Positions 24,752-34,989 of a DNA stretch of 43,538 nucleotides are shown here, piece after piece. Each line of letters begins with the position of its first letter. Position 1 is the stretch's first letter. Source of the stretch: a virus (taxonomy: Duplodnaviria; Caudoviricetes); the IMG/VR virus record IMGVR_UViG_3300032266_000559, positions 1 through 43,538 of that record, one strand, 5' to 3'. The notes under the pieces are model-generated. The model did not search any database, was not told the DNA's origin, and was given only the letters and a program-made list of their open reading frames with translations. Made by a program: the position numbers and the translations under genes.

Positions 24752-26310
24752 GCGCCGCGCGCAAGCCCTACGGCCAGCTGAACTGGCTCGACCGTGCGGT
24801 CGCGGTGTTCTCGCCCAACGCGGCGCTCGGTCGCGCCAAGGCCCGCCTGCAGCTCGACATGCTCGCGCGCGGCGGGTTCGAGGCGGCGCGCGCCGACTCG
24901 CGCGGCTCGTCCTGGCGCGCCGAACCGCCGGGCGCCAACACCGCGCTCTATGGCGACATCGTCTCGATGCGCCAGCGCGCCCGGTCGATGGTGCGCAACA
25001 GCCCGCTCGCCAAGCGGTCGATCGAGATCCTCACCGCCCACACGGTCGGCTGCGGCATCCGGCCGTCGTGGCAGACCGAAAGCAAGGCGCAGCGCCGCCG
25101 GCTCAAATCGGCATGGGACCGCTTCGTCGAGACCGCCGACGCCCGCCGCCAGGTCGACCTCTACGGCCTGCAGGCTCAGGCCGTCCAGGCGATGTTCGAG
25201 ACCGGCGAGGTCTTGACCCTGCGCGACCAGGCCGCGCGCAATGGCGTCAAGGCCCTGTCCTACCTGCTGATCGAGGGCGACCAGCTCGACCACAACATGG
25301 AAGGGGTGTTCGACAAGCGCGTCGTCCGCCTGGGCGTGGCGCTCGACGAGAACTGGCACTCGGTCGCCGGCTATTACCTGTTCGACCAGAACCCGGGCGA
25401 CGCCATCCTGTGGGGCTATTATCCGGTCAGCCGCTTCGTTCCGCGCGAGGGCATCAACCACCTTTACCGCATCCGCCGGCCGGGCCAGTTCCGCGGCGTT
25501 CCGGAGCTGGCAGCGTCGCTGCCGATCATGCGCGACCTGGCCGACTATCAGGAGGCGGCGCTGGTCAAGGCGCGCATCGAGGCGTGTTTCTCGGCGTTCA
25601 TCACGTCCGAGGACAGCGCCACGGGCACGCTGGCCACCCGCACCGAGCAGAAAACCGGCGCGGACGGCTCGGCGCACGACACGGTCATCGGCGAGCTGTC
25701 GCCCGGCGTCCTGCAGCGGCTGTCGCCCGGCGAAAAGATCGACTTTGCCCAGCCGACCAGCTCGAGCGATTTCAGCGCCTTTATGCTGAACGGCACGATG
25801 GCGGCGGCGTCCGGCGCCGGCGTCACCTATGACCAGGCCACCGGCGACCTGCGCCAGGCCAACTATTCCAGCCTGCGCGCCGGAAAGATCGAGTTCCGGC
25901 GCTCGGTCGAAATGATCCAGCATCTGACGATCGTGCCGATGCTGTGCCGGCCCTGGTATCGCGATTTCATCACCTTCGGCCGCACCTATGGCGACCTGAT
26001 CGCCGCGGACGAGCGGGTCGGCGTGCGCTGGGTCACGCCGGCGTGGGAGCCGATCGACCCGGTGAAGGACCTGAACGCCGACATCCTCGCCGTGCGGTCC
26101 GGCCGCATGTCGCTCGGCGACTACATCGCCAGCTGGGGCGAGGACCCGCACGAGCAGATCGAGGAGATCGCGGCCTTCAACGCGCTGCTCGACGCCTCCG
26201 GCATCGTGCTCGACACCGACCCCCGCAAGATGAGCGCGGGCGGCCAGATGCAGCCGCCGGCGCCTGACAGCGCCGCGCCGGCCCAGCCTGCGAAAGGAAC
26301 TGACGCATGA
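24748..26310 (+). CDS. Portal protein, lambda family
   Basis: RARSMVRN, RPGQFRGVP, ANYSSLR, IDPVKD. Confidence 0.93.
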   Translation: MSAARKPYGQLNWLDRAVAVFSPNAALGRAKARLQLDMLARGGFEAARADSRGSSWRAEPPGANTALYGDIVSMRQRARSMVRNSPLAKRSIEILTAHTVGCGIRPSWQTESKAQRRRLKSAWDRFVETADARRQVDLYGLQAQAVQAMFETGEVLTLRDQAARNGVKALSYLLIEGDQLDHNMEGVFDKRVVRLGVALDENWHSVAGYYLFDQNPGDAILWGYYPVSRFVPREGINHLYRIRRPGQFRGVPELAASLPIMRDLADYQEAALVKARIEACFSAFITSEDSATGTLATRTEQKTGADGSAHDTVIGELSPGVLQRLSPGEKIDFAQPTSSSDFSAFMLNGTMAAASGAGVTYDQATGDLRQANYSSLRAGKIEFRRSVEMIQHLTIVPMLCRPWYRDFITFGRTYGDLIAADERVGVRWVTPAWEPIDPVKDLNADILAVRSGRMSLGDYIASWGEDPHEQIEEIAAFNALLDASGIVLDTDPRKMSAGGQMQPPAPDSAAPAQPAKGTDA

Positions 26311-28334
26311 CAAAGCGGACCGGCCAGCCGCCCGCGGCAGGCGTGCGGCTGCTCGCCTTCACCGGCGGCAGCTACGACGCCAAGACGCGCACGGCCGAGG
26401 TCGTCATCACCACCAGCACGCCGCTCAAACGCTGGGGCATGATTGAGATCCTCGAGGTTTCCGACAAGGCCGTCGACCTGTCGCGGGTCGAGCTCGGCCA
26501 GGTCAAGCTCCTCGACAGCCACAACTCCGGCTCGGTCGAGTGCGTGCTCGGCGTGCTGGAATCAGCCCGCATCGAAAGCCCGGCCGTCGTCGGCGTGATC
26601 CGGTTCGGCGAGACCGACGACGCGATCAACGCCGCCGGCATGGTCGAGCGCGGCGAGATCACCGGCATCTCGTGCGGCTATCGCGTGCTCCAGTGGGAGC
26701 GCACCGACTACGACGCCGAGACCGAGACCGAGACCTGGACCGGCACGCGCTGGGAGCTGTTCGAGGTCTCCCTCGTGTCGATCCCGGCCGACAAATTTGC
26801 GGGCATCCGCTCGCTCGACACCCTTCCGCCCCTGGCCATCGAGGCCGTTTCCAAGGAGTCTACCATGACCGATTCTTCGGTTCGTCAGACCACGGCCGAG
26901 GAGTCGGCCGCCTCCACTCCGGCCGCCATCGTGCCGACCGTCAGCGAGACCCGCGCCGCCGCTCCGGCGCCCGCACCCGTCGACTCCGGCGCCGCCCTGC
27001 GCGCCGACCGCGCGCGGTCCGCCGAGATCATCGCCATCGGCGCCCGGCACAATCTCGACACGGCCATGACCAGCCAGGCGATCGCCGAAGGCGTGTCGCT
27101 TGATGCCTTCCGCGCCACCGTGCTCGAAACCCTCGCCGCCCGGTCCCCGGCCGCCCAGCTCAAGCCCGGCGCCGGCACCTTCGGCATCGTCGATGCCGGC
27201 GAATCGCCGGACAGCCGCCGCGACGCCATGGTCGACGGCATCATCATGCGGGCCATGGGCTTCGCGCCCGACGGCACCGCCGGCCGGCCCAAGGTCGACA
27301 ACGCCGAACGCTCGCGCGAGTTCGCCGGCATGTCGCTGGTCGAGCTGGCCGCCGAGACGCTCGGCATTCGCGGCGCGCACCGGATGCCGCGCGTGCAGCT
27401 CTACGAACAGGTTGTCACCCGCTCGATGCTCGGCACGTCGGATTTCCCGCTGCTGCTGGCCGCCGCCGCCAACAAGTTCCTGCTGGCGCAGTACCAGTAC
27501 CAGCAGCCGAGCTATCGCATGTTCTCGGCCAAGAAGAATTTCAACGACTTCAAGGCCCACAACTTCCTGCGCGTCGGTGATTTCCCGATCCTCGAGCAGC
27601 TCACCGAGACCGGCGAGTTCCGCAACGGCGCGATCTCGGAAAACCGCGAGATCGTGTCGGCGCTGACCTACGGCAAGATCGTCAGCCTGAGCCGCCAGAT
27701 GTTCGTCAACGACGACCTCTCGGCGTTCTCCGACCTGACCAGCGCCGCCGGCCGCCGCGTGGCGGATTTCGAGAACAGCGTCGCCTGGGGCATCGTGCTG
27801 TCCAATTCCAAGGCCGGCCCGACCATGTCCGACACCGGCGGCCTGTTCAACTCGACGGCTGTCACGACGGCCGGCGGCCATGCCAACCTGGCCGGCACGG
27901 CCGCGGCCATCACCATCGCGTCGATCGGCGCTGGCCGCACCGCCATGCGCGTGCAGAAGTCGCTGGACGGTATCCCGCTCAACATCGCCCCGACCATCAT
28001 CATCGCCGGCCCGCAGAAGCAGACCGAGCTCGAGCAGCTGCTCTCGACCTCGCTGCTGGCGACCCAGATCTCGAACATCAACCCGTTCAACGGCGGCGGC
28101 ATGACTTCGCTGAAGCCGGCGATCGACGCCTACATCACCGACAACGCCTGGTATCTGTTCGCCGACCCGATGGCCGCGCCGACCTTCGTCTATGGCTACG
28201 TCAGCGGCTTCGAGGGGCCGCGGTTCGCGATTGACCAGCCGTTCCGCCAGGACGGTCTCAGCCTGAAGGTGGTCGAGGACTTCGGCTTCGGCGGCATCGA
28301 CTGGCGCGGCGCCTACCGCAACGCCGGCGCGTGA
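26307..28334 (+). CDS. Prohead protease-major capsid protein fusion
   Basis: LLDSH, ISCGY, EVSLVSIPAD protease motifs; TSDFP...DFK...DDL...DWRG capsid motifs. Confidence 0.92.
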   Translation: MTKRTGQPPAAGVRLLAFTGGSYDAKTRTAEVVITTSTPLKRWGMIEILEVSDKAVDLSRVELGQVKLLDSHNSGSVECVLGVLESARIESPAVVGVIRFGETDDAINAAGMVERGEITGISCGYRVLQWERTDYDAETETETWTGTRWELFEVSLVSIPADKFAGIRSLDTLPPLAIEAVSKESTMTDSSVRQTTAEESAASTPAAIVPTVSETRAAAPAPAPVDSGAALRADRARSAEIIAIGARHNLDTAMTSQAIAEGVSLDAFRATVLETLAARSPAAQLKPGAGTFGIVDAGESPDSRRDAMVDGIIMRAMGFAPDGTAGRPKVDNAERSREFAGMSLVELAAETLGIRGAHRMPRVQLYEQVVTRSMLGTSDFPLLLAAAANKFLLAQYQYQQPSYRMFSAKKNFNDFKAHNFLRVGDFPILEQLTETGEFRNGAISENREIVSALTYGKIVSLSRQMFVNDDLSAFSDLTSAAGRRVADFENSVAWGIVLSNSKAGPTMSDTGGLFNSTAVTTAGGHANLAGTAAAITIASIGAGRTAMRVQKSLDGIPLNIAPTIIIAGPQKQTELEQLLSTSLLATQISNINPFNGGGMTSLKPAIDAYITDNAWYLFADPMAAPTFVYGYVSGFEGPRFAIDQPFRQDGLSLKVVEDFGFGGIDWRGAYRNAGA

Positions 28335-28433
28335 TAACGGCGCGGCCCCGACAGGGGCCGCGCTTTCCCACCGGCGTGGGTTCCGCCCGCGCCAGCCCGC
28401 CCGTTTTCCGTTCAGCCCTCTCGGGAGATCCCC

Positions 28434-28775
28434 ATGCGCAATTTCATCCAGAAAGGCGACACCTTCCAGGTCGTCGCGCCCGCCGCCGTCACCACGGGCG
28501 TCGGATTCCTCCTCGCCGGCACCGGCGCGTCGGCCCGGTTCGTGGTGGCCATGCAGACCGCCGCCTCGGGCGCGCTCGTCGAGGTCCTCGCCGAGGGCAT
28601 CATCGACTATGCCAAGGCGGCCGTGGCCATCACCCTGGGCGACGTCGCCTACTGGGACGACACGAACAAGGTCGTCACCAACGTCGTCGGCTCGAACACC
28701 AAGATCGGCATCTTCACAGTTGCCGCCGTGTCCGGTGCTGCCAACGGCCGCGTGCGCCTGAACGGCGCGTTCTGA
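28434..28775 (+). CDS. DUF2190 family capsid decoration/cement protein, copy 1
   Basis: MRNFIQKGD...G..AYWD...IG...V.LNG. Confidence 0.8.
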   Translation: MRNFIQKGDTFQVVAPAAVTTGVGFLLAGTGASARFVVAMQTAASGALVEVLAEGIIDYAKAAVAITLGDVAYWDDTNKVVTNVVGSNTKIGIFTVAAVSGAANGRVRLNGAF

Positions 28776-28823
28776 TCCGCACGGGGCCGCATTGCGCGGT
28801 CCCGCTTACCTCCGGGGGCCACC

Positions 28824-29156
28824 GTGAAAAACTACGTCTCGACAGGCGAAGTCGTCGACATGGTGGCCCCGGCGGGCGGCGTGGTGTCCGGTCAGGGCTA
28901 CGCGATCAATGACGCGGTCGTGTTCGCGCAGCGATCCGCTGCGGCCGGCGAATTGTTTCCAGCGCTCGTCGTCGGTTGCGTTGATCTCCCGAAACAGTCG
29001 TCACTTGTCATCCCGGCCGGTCGTCGCCTGTTCTGGAACGACACGCTCAAGCGCGTGTCGGACAACACTTTGGACGGCAACCGCATCGGATTCTCCGTCA
29101 ATGCGGCCGGCAATGGCACCACGACCGTCCGCGTCCTGTTCTATGCGCTGAGTTGA
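28824..29156 (+). CDS. DUF2190 family protein, copy 2
   Basis: MKNYVSTG...AP.GGV.SG...LPK...LFWN...IG. Confidence 0.75.
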   Translation: MKNYVSTGEVVDMVAPAGGVVSGQGYAINDAVVFAQRSAAAGELFPALVVGCVDLPKQSSLVIPAGRRLFWNDTLKRVSDNTLDGNRIGFSVNAAGNGTTTVRVLFYALS

Positions 29157-29161
29157 GCCGC

Positions 29162-29551
29162 ATGGCATCGCCATTCCAGCGCCTCGACACCGCCGCCCAG
29201 CGCGTGCACGACCGGGTGTTCGGCGAGCTGTTCACGCACAAGCCGCGGACCCGCGCGGCCAACGTCAACGCCGCATGGGTCGCCGACACGTCGCGCACAC
29301 AGCAGACGGTCACGGCGATCTATACCGAGCGCGACCTGCCGGAGGACCTGCCGGAGTCGATCGACGTCCGCGAGGATCGCCGGCCCGGCGTCTCGACGCA
29401 TCGCCACACGATCGAGGTCGGCGCCACCGCCAGCATCAACGTGAACCCGGGCGACATCTTCGTGCGCGCGGCCGACGCCTCGTCCTGGCGGGTCAATTCC
29501 GTCGACCTGGACGACGCCGGCCGCCAGAAATGCACCGTGAACCGGATCTGA
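29162..29551 (+). CDS. Head-tail joining/closure protein
   Basis: Size and synteny. Confidence 0.55.
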   Translation: MASPFQRLDTAAQRVHDRVFGELFTHKPRTRAANVNAAWVADTSRTQQTVTAIYTERDLPEDLPESIDVREDRRPGVSTHRHTIEVGATASINVNPGDIFVRAADASSWRVNSVDLDDAGRQKCTVNRI

Positions 29552-29555
29552 CGAC

Positions 29556-30326
29556 ATGCTGGCCCGTCTCGCCCTGCGCCTCGCCGCCATCGAGGCGCTG
29601 GCCCCGTCTGCGCTGGCTGCGACAGGCCCGTGGTCGACCATGGCCGGACCGCGCGTCTATGACAGCCGCCAGGACCCGATCGACGGCCTTGACGCCAGCG
29701 AGACCCGCGCGCTGCTCGTCGTCTACACCGAGGCCGACATCGCCAAGCCCTACGGCTCCGGCCAGACCAGGCCGGACGACACGACCGTCGACCTGATCGT
29801 CGAGGCAATGATCGCGACGCGCGGCAGCATCATCGTCGACCAGCCCGACGGCAGCACCACGACGGTCGGCAGCGTCGACCAGCCGGTCACCGACCAGTAT
29901 CACGAGGCCCTCGTCGACATGCTTGAGGCCACGGTCCGCCGGCGCCTGCTGGGCGGCGACGCCGACGACAACGCACGGCTGTTCCGCCAGGTCGCCGTCG
30001 GCATCCTGCACGTCGAATCCGTCTCGCAGCGCGTCGCCGACCGCACGATCAGGCTGGCCGGCCGCACCATGACGTTCAAGTGCAAGGTGCGGGCCGACAC
30101 CTGGCCCACCACGACGCAAACCGGCCTGTCCCGCCTGCCGGAGCCGCTGGCGTCCGTCGCCAAGGCCCTGCCGGCCGGCGCCGCGCTCGACCTTTGCACG
30201 GCCCTGGCGGCGTCCGTCCCGGCGCCGGTCACCGCGCCGGCGCTTGTCGGCGTCGATCTCTACGTCGCCGGCGATCGCACGCCGAATGCGTCGAACCCTG
30301 ACACCCGCGCGCGCACCAATTTCTGA
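29556..30326 (+). CDS. Neck / tail terminator-like protein
   Basis: RVYDSR.DP, VYTE motifs; synteny. Confidence 0.55.
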   Translation: MLARLALRLAAIEALAPSALAATGPWSTMAGPRVYDSRQDPIDGLDASETRALLVVYTEADIAKPYGSGQTRPDDTTVDLIVEAMIATRGSIIVDQPDGSTTTVGSVDQPVTDQYHEALVDMLEATVRRRLLGGDADDNARLFRQVAVGILHVESVSQRVADRTIRLAGRTMTFKCKVRADTWPTTTQTGLSRLPEPLASVAKALPAGAALDLCTALAASVPAPVTAPALVGVDLYVAGDRTPNASNPDTRARTNF

Positions 30327-30335
30327 GGCTGACCC

Positions 30336-30551
30336 ATGCCCGCTGAATTCGCCGTCCTGTCCGATCCGTCACACCTGCTGCCGTGGCCCGGCAATCCGTC
30401 GCGCCTGTTCGCGGCGGCCGGCGAGATGATCGACACCGACGACCCGTTCTGGATCGGCGCGCTTGCCGACGGTTCGGTCCGTATCGCGCCACTTCCCGCA
30501 CCGCCCGCACCCGCGCGGGCTTCCGCCGCCAGCAAATCCAGCGAGGGCTAA
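30336..30551 (+). CDS. DUF2635-like small protein preceding the sheath (Mu gp38-like)
   Basis: FW...LADGSV motif; synteny. Confidence 0.6.
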   Translation: MPAEFAVLSDPSHLLPWPGNPSRLFAAAGEMIDTDDPFWIGALADGSVRIAPLPAPPAPARASAASKSSEG

Positions 30552-30554
30552 TCC

Positions 30555-32072
30555 ATGCCGATCCTGTTCAACCAGATTCCGGGGTCCGGCCTTGTCGCCC
30601 CGATGTTCGCCTTCGAGGTCAATTCCGCCGGCGGCTATGGTTCGCCCGCGCGCCTGCTGCTGGTCGGCCACAAGACTTCGTCCGGTTCGCTCGCGGCCAA
30701 CACGCCGACCGTGATCGGGTCGCAGTCGGACGCCGACAGCCTGTGCGGCGGCGGCTCGATGCTGCGCGAGATGTACCGCATCGCGCGCCAGAACGCGCCC
30801 GTGCAGGAAATCTGGGCCATGCATGTCGCCGAACCGTCCGGCGCGGCGCAGGTCTCGACCATCACGGTCGGCGCCGCTGCGGCCGGCACGGCCGGGTTCG
30901 GCGCGATCGACATCTGCGGCGAGCGTATTACGCTGCAGCTCGCGACGACCGACACCGTCACGACAATCGCCACCGCCCTGGCGGCTGCGATCAACGCCTA
31001 TTTCAACGCGCTGACCGGCGCGATGCTGCCGATCACCGCCACCTCGGCGGCCGGCGTCGTCACCGTCACGGCCCGCCATCTCGGCGCGATCCTGGCCGAC
31101 ATCGACTACTATGTGCCGACCGAACTGACCGGCAACATCTTCGCCCCGTCCGGCCGCATCACCGTTGCCAGCACGACGGCCGGCACCGGCACGCCGACCC
31201 TGTCGACGGCCCTCGCGGCGCTCGGCGATGACGCCTACGATATGATCGTGTCGCCCTGGGGCGACGCCACGTCGATCGGCGCCTATACGACCGCGCTGAA
31301 CGACACGTCGGGCCGCTGGGCCTACAGCCGCCAGTCCTACGGCCATGTCATCACGGTCTCGACCGGTTCGCTGTCGGCGCTGACCACGCTCGGCCTGTCG
31401 CTGAACGACCGCCATGTGACCGTGCTCGGCCGCCTGTCGGCCTCGCCGCATCCGGCCTGGCTGTGGGCCTCGGCCTTCGCCGCCCGCGCCATGCCGTGGC
31501 TGAGCGACTATGTGACCGGCAACGTCAGCCGCAACCAGACCGGGCTTGTGGTGCAGGGCCTCATCCCGCCCCGTGACCGCTCGACCTGGCTGCAATATGC
31601 GTCCCGCAACACGGCGGCCGGCTCGGGGATCTCGACCTGGATTGTCAACCAGGATGGCACGATCGCGATCGACAAGCTGGTGACGACCTACCGCACCGGC
31701 GTCAGCGGCCAGGCCGACACGGTGTTCCGCGACATCCAGTCGATGCTGCAGCTGACCTCGATCCTGCGCTACATGCGCACCCAGCTGGCCAACCAGCACG
31801 GCACCAAGGCCATCGCGGACTCAAACCCCGGCAACCTCGGCGCGCTGGTGACGGTCCGCGACATCAAGGCCACGCTCGTCATGGCCTACGACCAGCTCGC
31901 CGCCTGGGGCGTGGTCGAAAACGGCGTGGGCTTCGCCGCCAACGTCCAGGTGCAGCGCAACACCGGCCAGCCGAACCGTGTCGACGTGTTCATGCCGATC
32001 CAGCGCGTCAAGCCGCTCGACGTCCTCGCCGGCAACGCGACGCTCTATGCGTCGCAGCTGCCCGGCTCCTGA
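30555..32072 (+). CDS. Tail sheath protein (Mu gpL-like)
   Basis: FNQIP..L.AP, GGGSML..MY, RW...RQ.YGH, VTTY, NRVDV. Confidence 0.92.
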   Translation: MPILFNQIPGSGLVAPMFAFEVNSAGGYGSPARLLLVGHKTSSGSLAANTPTVIGSQSDADSLCGGGSMLREMYRIARQNAPVQEIWAMHVAEPSGAAQVSTITVGAAAAGTAGFGAIDICGERITLQLATTDTVTTIATALAAAINAYFNALTGAMLPITATSAAGVVTVTARHLGAILADIDYYVPTELTGNIFAPSGRITVASTTAGTGTPTLSTALAALGDDAYDMIVSPWGDATSIGAYTTALNDTSGRWAYSRQSYGHVITVSTGSLSALTTLGLSLNDRHVTVLGRLSASPHPAWLWASAFAARAMPWLSDYVTGNVSRNQTGLVVQGLIPPRDRSTWLQYASRNTAAGSGISTWIVNQDGTIAIDKLVTTYRTGVSGQADTVFRDIQSMLQLTSILRYMRTQLANQHGTKAIADSNPGNLGALVTVRDIKATLVMAYDQLAAWGVVENGVGFAANVQVQRNTGQPNRVDVFMPIQRVKPLDVLAGNATLYASQLPGS

Positions 32073-32108
32073 TCCGCTTTCACCCGTCCAATCTGAGGAG
32101 ACACCACC

Positions 32109-32477
32109 ATGGCCGATTTTGGCGGCGAAATGCGGATGCTGGTGAGCGGCAAGCCGTTCATCTTTCGCGCGAAATTTTCCCTCGACCCGGTCAACGCCGC
32201 CGTCACGGCGATTCCGAACCAGGACGGGTCGCTGTCGCGCTCGTTCAAGCCGGACGGCTACTCGGCCGAGATCACGTTCGAGGACACGCCCGGCACCGAC
32301 TGGAACAGCCTGATGCGCGCCGCGCCGGGTCCGGTCTCGATCATCGAGGACCTGACCGGCACGACGCACAATTTCTACAACGGGTTCTTTGAGGGCTCGC
32401 CGATGATCGACCGCGAGACCGGTGAAGTGACCGGCCTCAAGGTCCGCGCCTCCGGCTATCGCAGGGTCGTCGGCTGA
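32109..32477 (+). CDS. Tail tube protein (Mu gpM-like)
   Basis: 122 aa, directly after the sheath, strong GAGGAG RBS. Confidence 0.8.
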   Translation: MADFGGEMRMLVSGKPFIFRAKFSLDPVNAAVTAIPNQDGSLSRSFKPDGYSAEITFEDTPGTDWNSLMRAAPGPVSIIEDLTGTTHNFYNGFFEGSPMIDRETGEVTGLKVRASGYRRVVG

Positions 32478-32821
32478 TGGCCAAAACCACCACGATCGAG
32501 CTGCTCGAGAAGCGGCCCGGGTTCCAGGACGAGACCGTCGAGCGGGTCATCCTTCGCGAGCCCAAGGCCCGCGAGTTTTTCACGCTCGGCGAGCCGACCG
32601 TCATGGCCCGGTCGCCGGACGGCACCGTGTTTGCGACCGAGCGGCCCGACGTCGTGGCCGACTACATCGCGGCGTGCGTCATCGAGCCCTCGTCGAAAGC
32701 GGTCCTCGACAATCTGTCGCTGGCCGACGCGATGCGGGTGAAACAGGCCATGCTCGATTTTTTCGGGAATGCCCGGGAGCTGTCGTCGCCCACTGGTGCG
32801 ACCTCCTCGTCCTCGACCTGA
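32477..32821 (+). CDS. Tail assembly chaperone (Mu gp41/P2 gpE-like)
   Basis: LREP, LSLADA...DFF; between tube and tape measure. Confidence 0.8.
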   Translation: MAKTTTIELLEKRPGFQDETVERVILREPKAREFFTLGEPTVMARSPDGTVFATERPDVVADYIAACVIEPSSKAVLDNLSLADAMRVKQAMLDFFGNARELSSPTGATSSSST

Positions 32822-32922
32822 TGGTCGTCGACGCCCGGGCCTGCGGCGACATGGCGTTGTCCGAGTTGCAATGGTGGGTCGATCGCGCCGAGCGCCGCGG
32901 TTTGCTGAAGCGGAAAGACTGA
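32758..32922 (+). CDS. -1 frameshift extension of the chaperone (gpE'/gpGT-like)
   Basis: Slippery T TTT TTC at 32758-32764; -1 frame open to 32922, encoding DMALSELQWWVDRA. Confidence 0.75.
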   Translation, partial: FFRECPGAVVAHWCDLLVLDLMVVDARACGDMALSELQWWVDRAERRGLLKRKD

Positions 32923-32925
32923 CCC

Positions 32926-34980
32926 ATGGCGAACGCCCTCGAAGCCCGGCTGATTATCTCGGCCGAGGACAAGACGGGTGCGGTCGTCGATGCGGTCGCG
33001 CGCAAGATCGACGGCCTTGGCAAGTCGATCAAGAATGTCGAGTCGACGTCGCGGGCGCTCGGCGGCATCACGCGCCGCATCGACCAGACCGAGCGCGCGA
33101 TCAACCCCGTCGTGAAAACCGCCAAGACGGTCGCCGCGACGGCGACCGCTGTCGCCGGCTCTGCCGCCGGCATCATGGCGGCCAAGGTCGCGCGCGACAG
33201 CGTCACGACCTACAAGCATTTCGACGACCTGGTCCGCTATCAGCGCGCCGTCATGGGGATCTCGAAAGAGGACCAGAAACCGCTGATCGACCAGGCGCTC
33301 AAGATGGGCGCGACGACGCCGTTCAACGACCTGCAGGTGCTCGAAGCCCAGCTCGATCTTGCGCAGCGCGGCGTCAAAAAAGACCTGATCATCCCGATCG
33401 TGCAGTCGGCCAGCGAATATGCGCAGGCCATGAACGCGCAGCTGCCGGAGGCCGCCAAGACGATCGAGGGCATTCTGTTCTCGACCCGAAAGCACATGGA
33501 GGACGGCAACGAGGCGCTGGCCAACGCCAAGAAAACCGTCGATTTCGCTGCCAAGCTGGCCAAGGTCGGCGGCCTCGACAACGAGGACGTGAAAGCCTTC
33601 TACAAATACGGCGGCGCGCCAGGCGCCACCGCCGGCCTGCCTGACGCCTATGTGGGCGCCATGGCGGCCCTGATGCGCCGCTCGAACGTCCGCGGCGACG
33701 AGGCCGGCGTCGCGGTCCGCGCGTTCTCCGGCCGCCTCGTCGCCCCGACCCGCCAGGCGCTCGACGCCTACCGGACGATGGGGATCGACTTCAACAAGTT
33801 CACGTCCGGCCCCGGTCAGCTGTCGCCGGAAAACCTCGGCCTGAGCATCAAGGCCAAGTTCGGCAAGGGCCTGACCGCCAACCAGCTCAAGTCGCTGGGC
33901 GAGATCATGGGCGACACCGAGGTCACCGGCTCGCGCGAGAATTTCGTCGAGAAGGCCTCCGACATCGTCGCGCAGTCCTTTGACCGCAAGAAAGACGGCA
34001 CGCTGAAGGCCGCCGACGCCAAGGCGATCGCGAAGGCCGTCGACACCTTCTACAAGCTGTCGGTCGCCTCGGTGGACACGCCGGCGCTGCTGCGCGCCAT
34101 CATCGCCGCCAACCCGACCCTGAACCAGGCCAACGCCATCTTCGGCGAAAAGCAGGGCGGCCGGTTCACGGCCGTCAGCGGCGGCGGCGTCAAGCTGTTC
34201 GACGAGACCGTCGGCAAACTGACCAACGTCAGCGAGGGGTTCGCCAAGTCGATCGGCGACGAGCGCATGGGCGGTTTCTCCGGCGCCCTGCTGCGCGCCG
34301 AAGGCGCTATCAAGAATTTCGAGACCGCGCTCGGCCGCGCCAACGACTCATGGCTGACGCAAAGCCTCAACACGTTTTCAGGGTTCGTAAATTCGGCGTC
34401 GAAGATGTCGGACGCACAACTGCAGGCTGCAACCGCAGTCGGCGGGTTCGTCGCGGCAGTCGGCCTCGCCGAGGGCGCCATGCGGACGCTGGCGCTGATG
34501 GGCATGGTGCGGCCCGGCGGCATCGGTCTGCCGGCGCTGACCCGCCTCGGCTGGGCCGGACTGGCCACGGCCGTCGGGACCGGCGTCTATCAGGCCGGGT
34601 CCTGGCTGTCGGCCCAGCCCGGGTTCACGGTCGACCCGGAGCAGATCAAATCCGGCATGAAATCCGCGCCGCTTGATTTCGCCGATTTCGAGCGCGCCAG
34701 GCGCGCCCAGGACGAGTTCCGCCGCGACCCGGAGGCCGCCCGCGGGCGTGCGTTCCAGAAGGTCACCAGCGGCCCGATCGAGGCGCAGATCAAGGGCGAC
34801 GTCGTCGCCAAGGTCGAGGGTCACGCGACGGTCAGCTCGACCGTCACGGTCAACGCATCGCCGGATTTCGTGGCGCGCGTGGTGCAACAGGTTCAGGCCA
34901 CCGGCGTCCTGCAGCCGGCGGCCGGAAACGAGGTCGGCTCGACGGGCAAAAGCCAGCCCGACACCGGCGATGGACGCTAG
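32926..34980 (+). CDS. Tape measure protein
   Basis: Ala-rich helical, SAEDKT start, GDEAGVA.R core. Confidence 0.9.
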   Translation: MANALEARLIISAEDKTGAVVDAVARKIDGLGKSIKNVESTSRALGGITRRIDQTERAINPVVKTAKTVAATATAVAGSAAGIMAAKVARDSVTTYKHFDDLVRYQRAVMGISKEDQKPLIDQALKMGATTPFNDLQVLEAQLDLAQRGVKKDLIIPIVQSASEYAQAMNAQLPEAAKTIEGILFSTRKHMEDGNEALANAKKTVDFAAKLAKVGGLDNEDVKAFYKYGGAPGATAGLPDAYVGAMAALMRRSNVRGDEAGVAVRAFSGRLVAPTRQALDAYRTMGIDFNKFTSGPGQLSPENLGLSIKAKFGKGLTANQLKSLGEIMGDTEVTGSRENFVEKASDIVAQSFDRKKDGTLKAADAKAIAKAVDTFYKLSVASVDTPALLRAIIAANPTLNQANAIFGEKQGGRFTAVSGGGVKLFDETVGKLTNVSEGFAKSIGDERMGGFSGALLRAEGAIKNFETALGRANDSWLTQSLNTFSGFVNSASKMSDAQLQAATAVGGFVAAVGLAEGAMRTLALMGMVRPGGIGLPALTRLGWAGLATAVGTGVYQAGSWLSAQPGFTVDPEQIKSGMKSAPLDFADFERARRAQDEFRRDPEAARGRAFQKVTSGPIEAQIKGDVVAKVEGHATVSSTVTVNASPDFVARVVQQVQATGVLQPAAGNEVGSTGKSQPDTGDGR

Positions 34981-34989
34981 GGGGACGGC

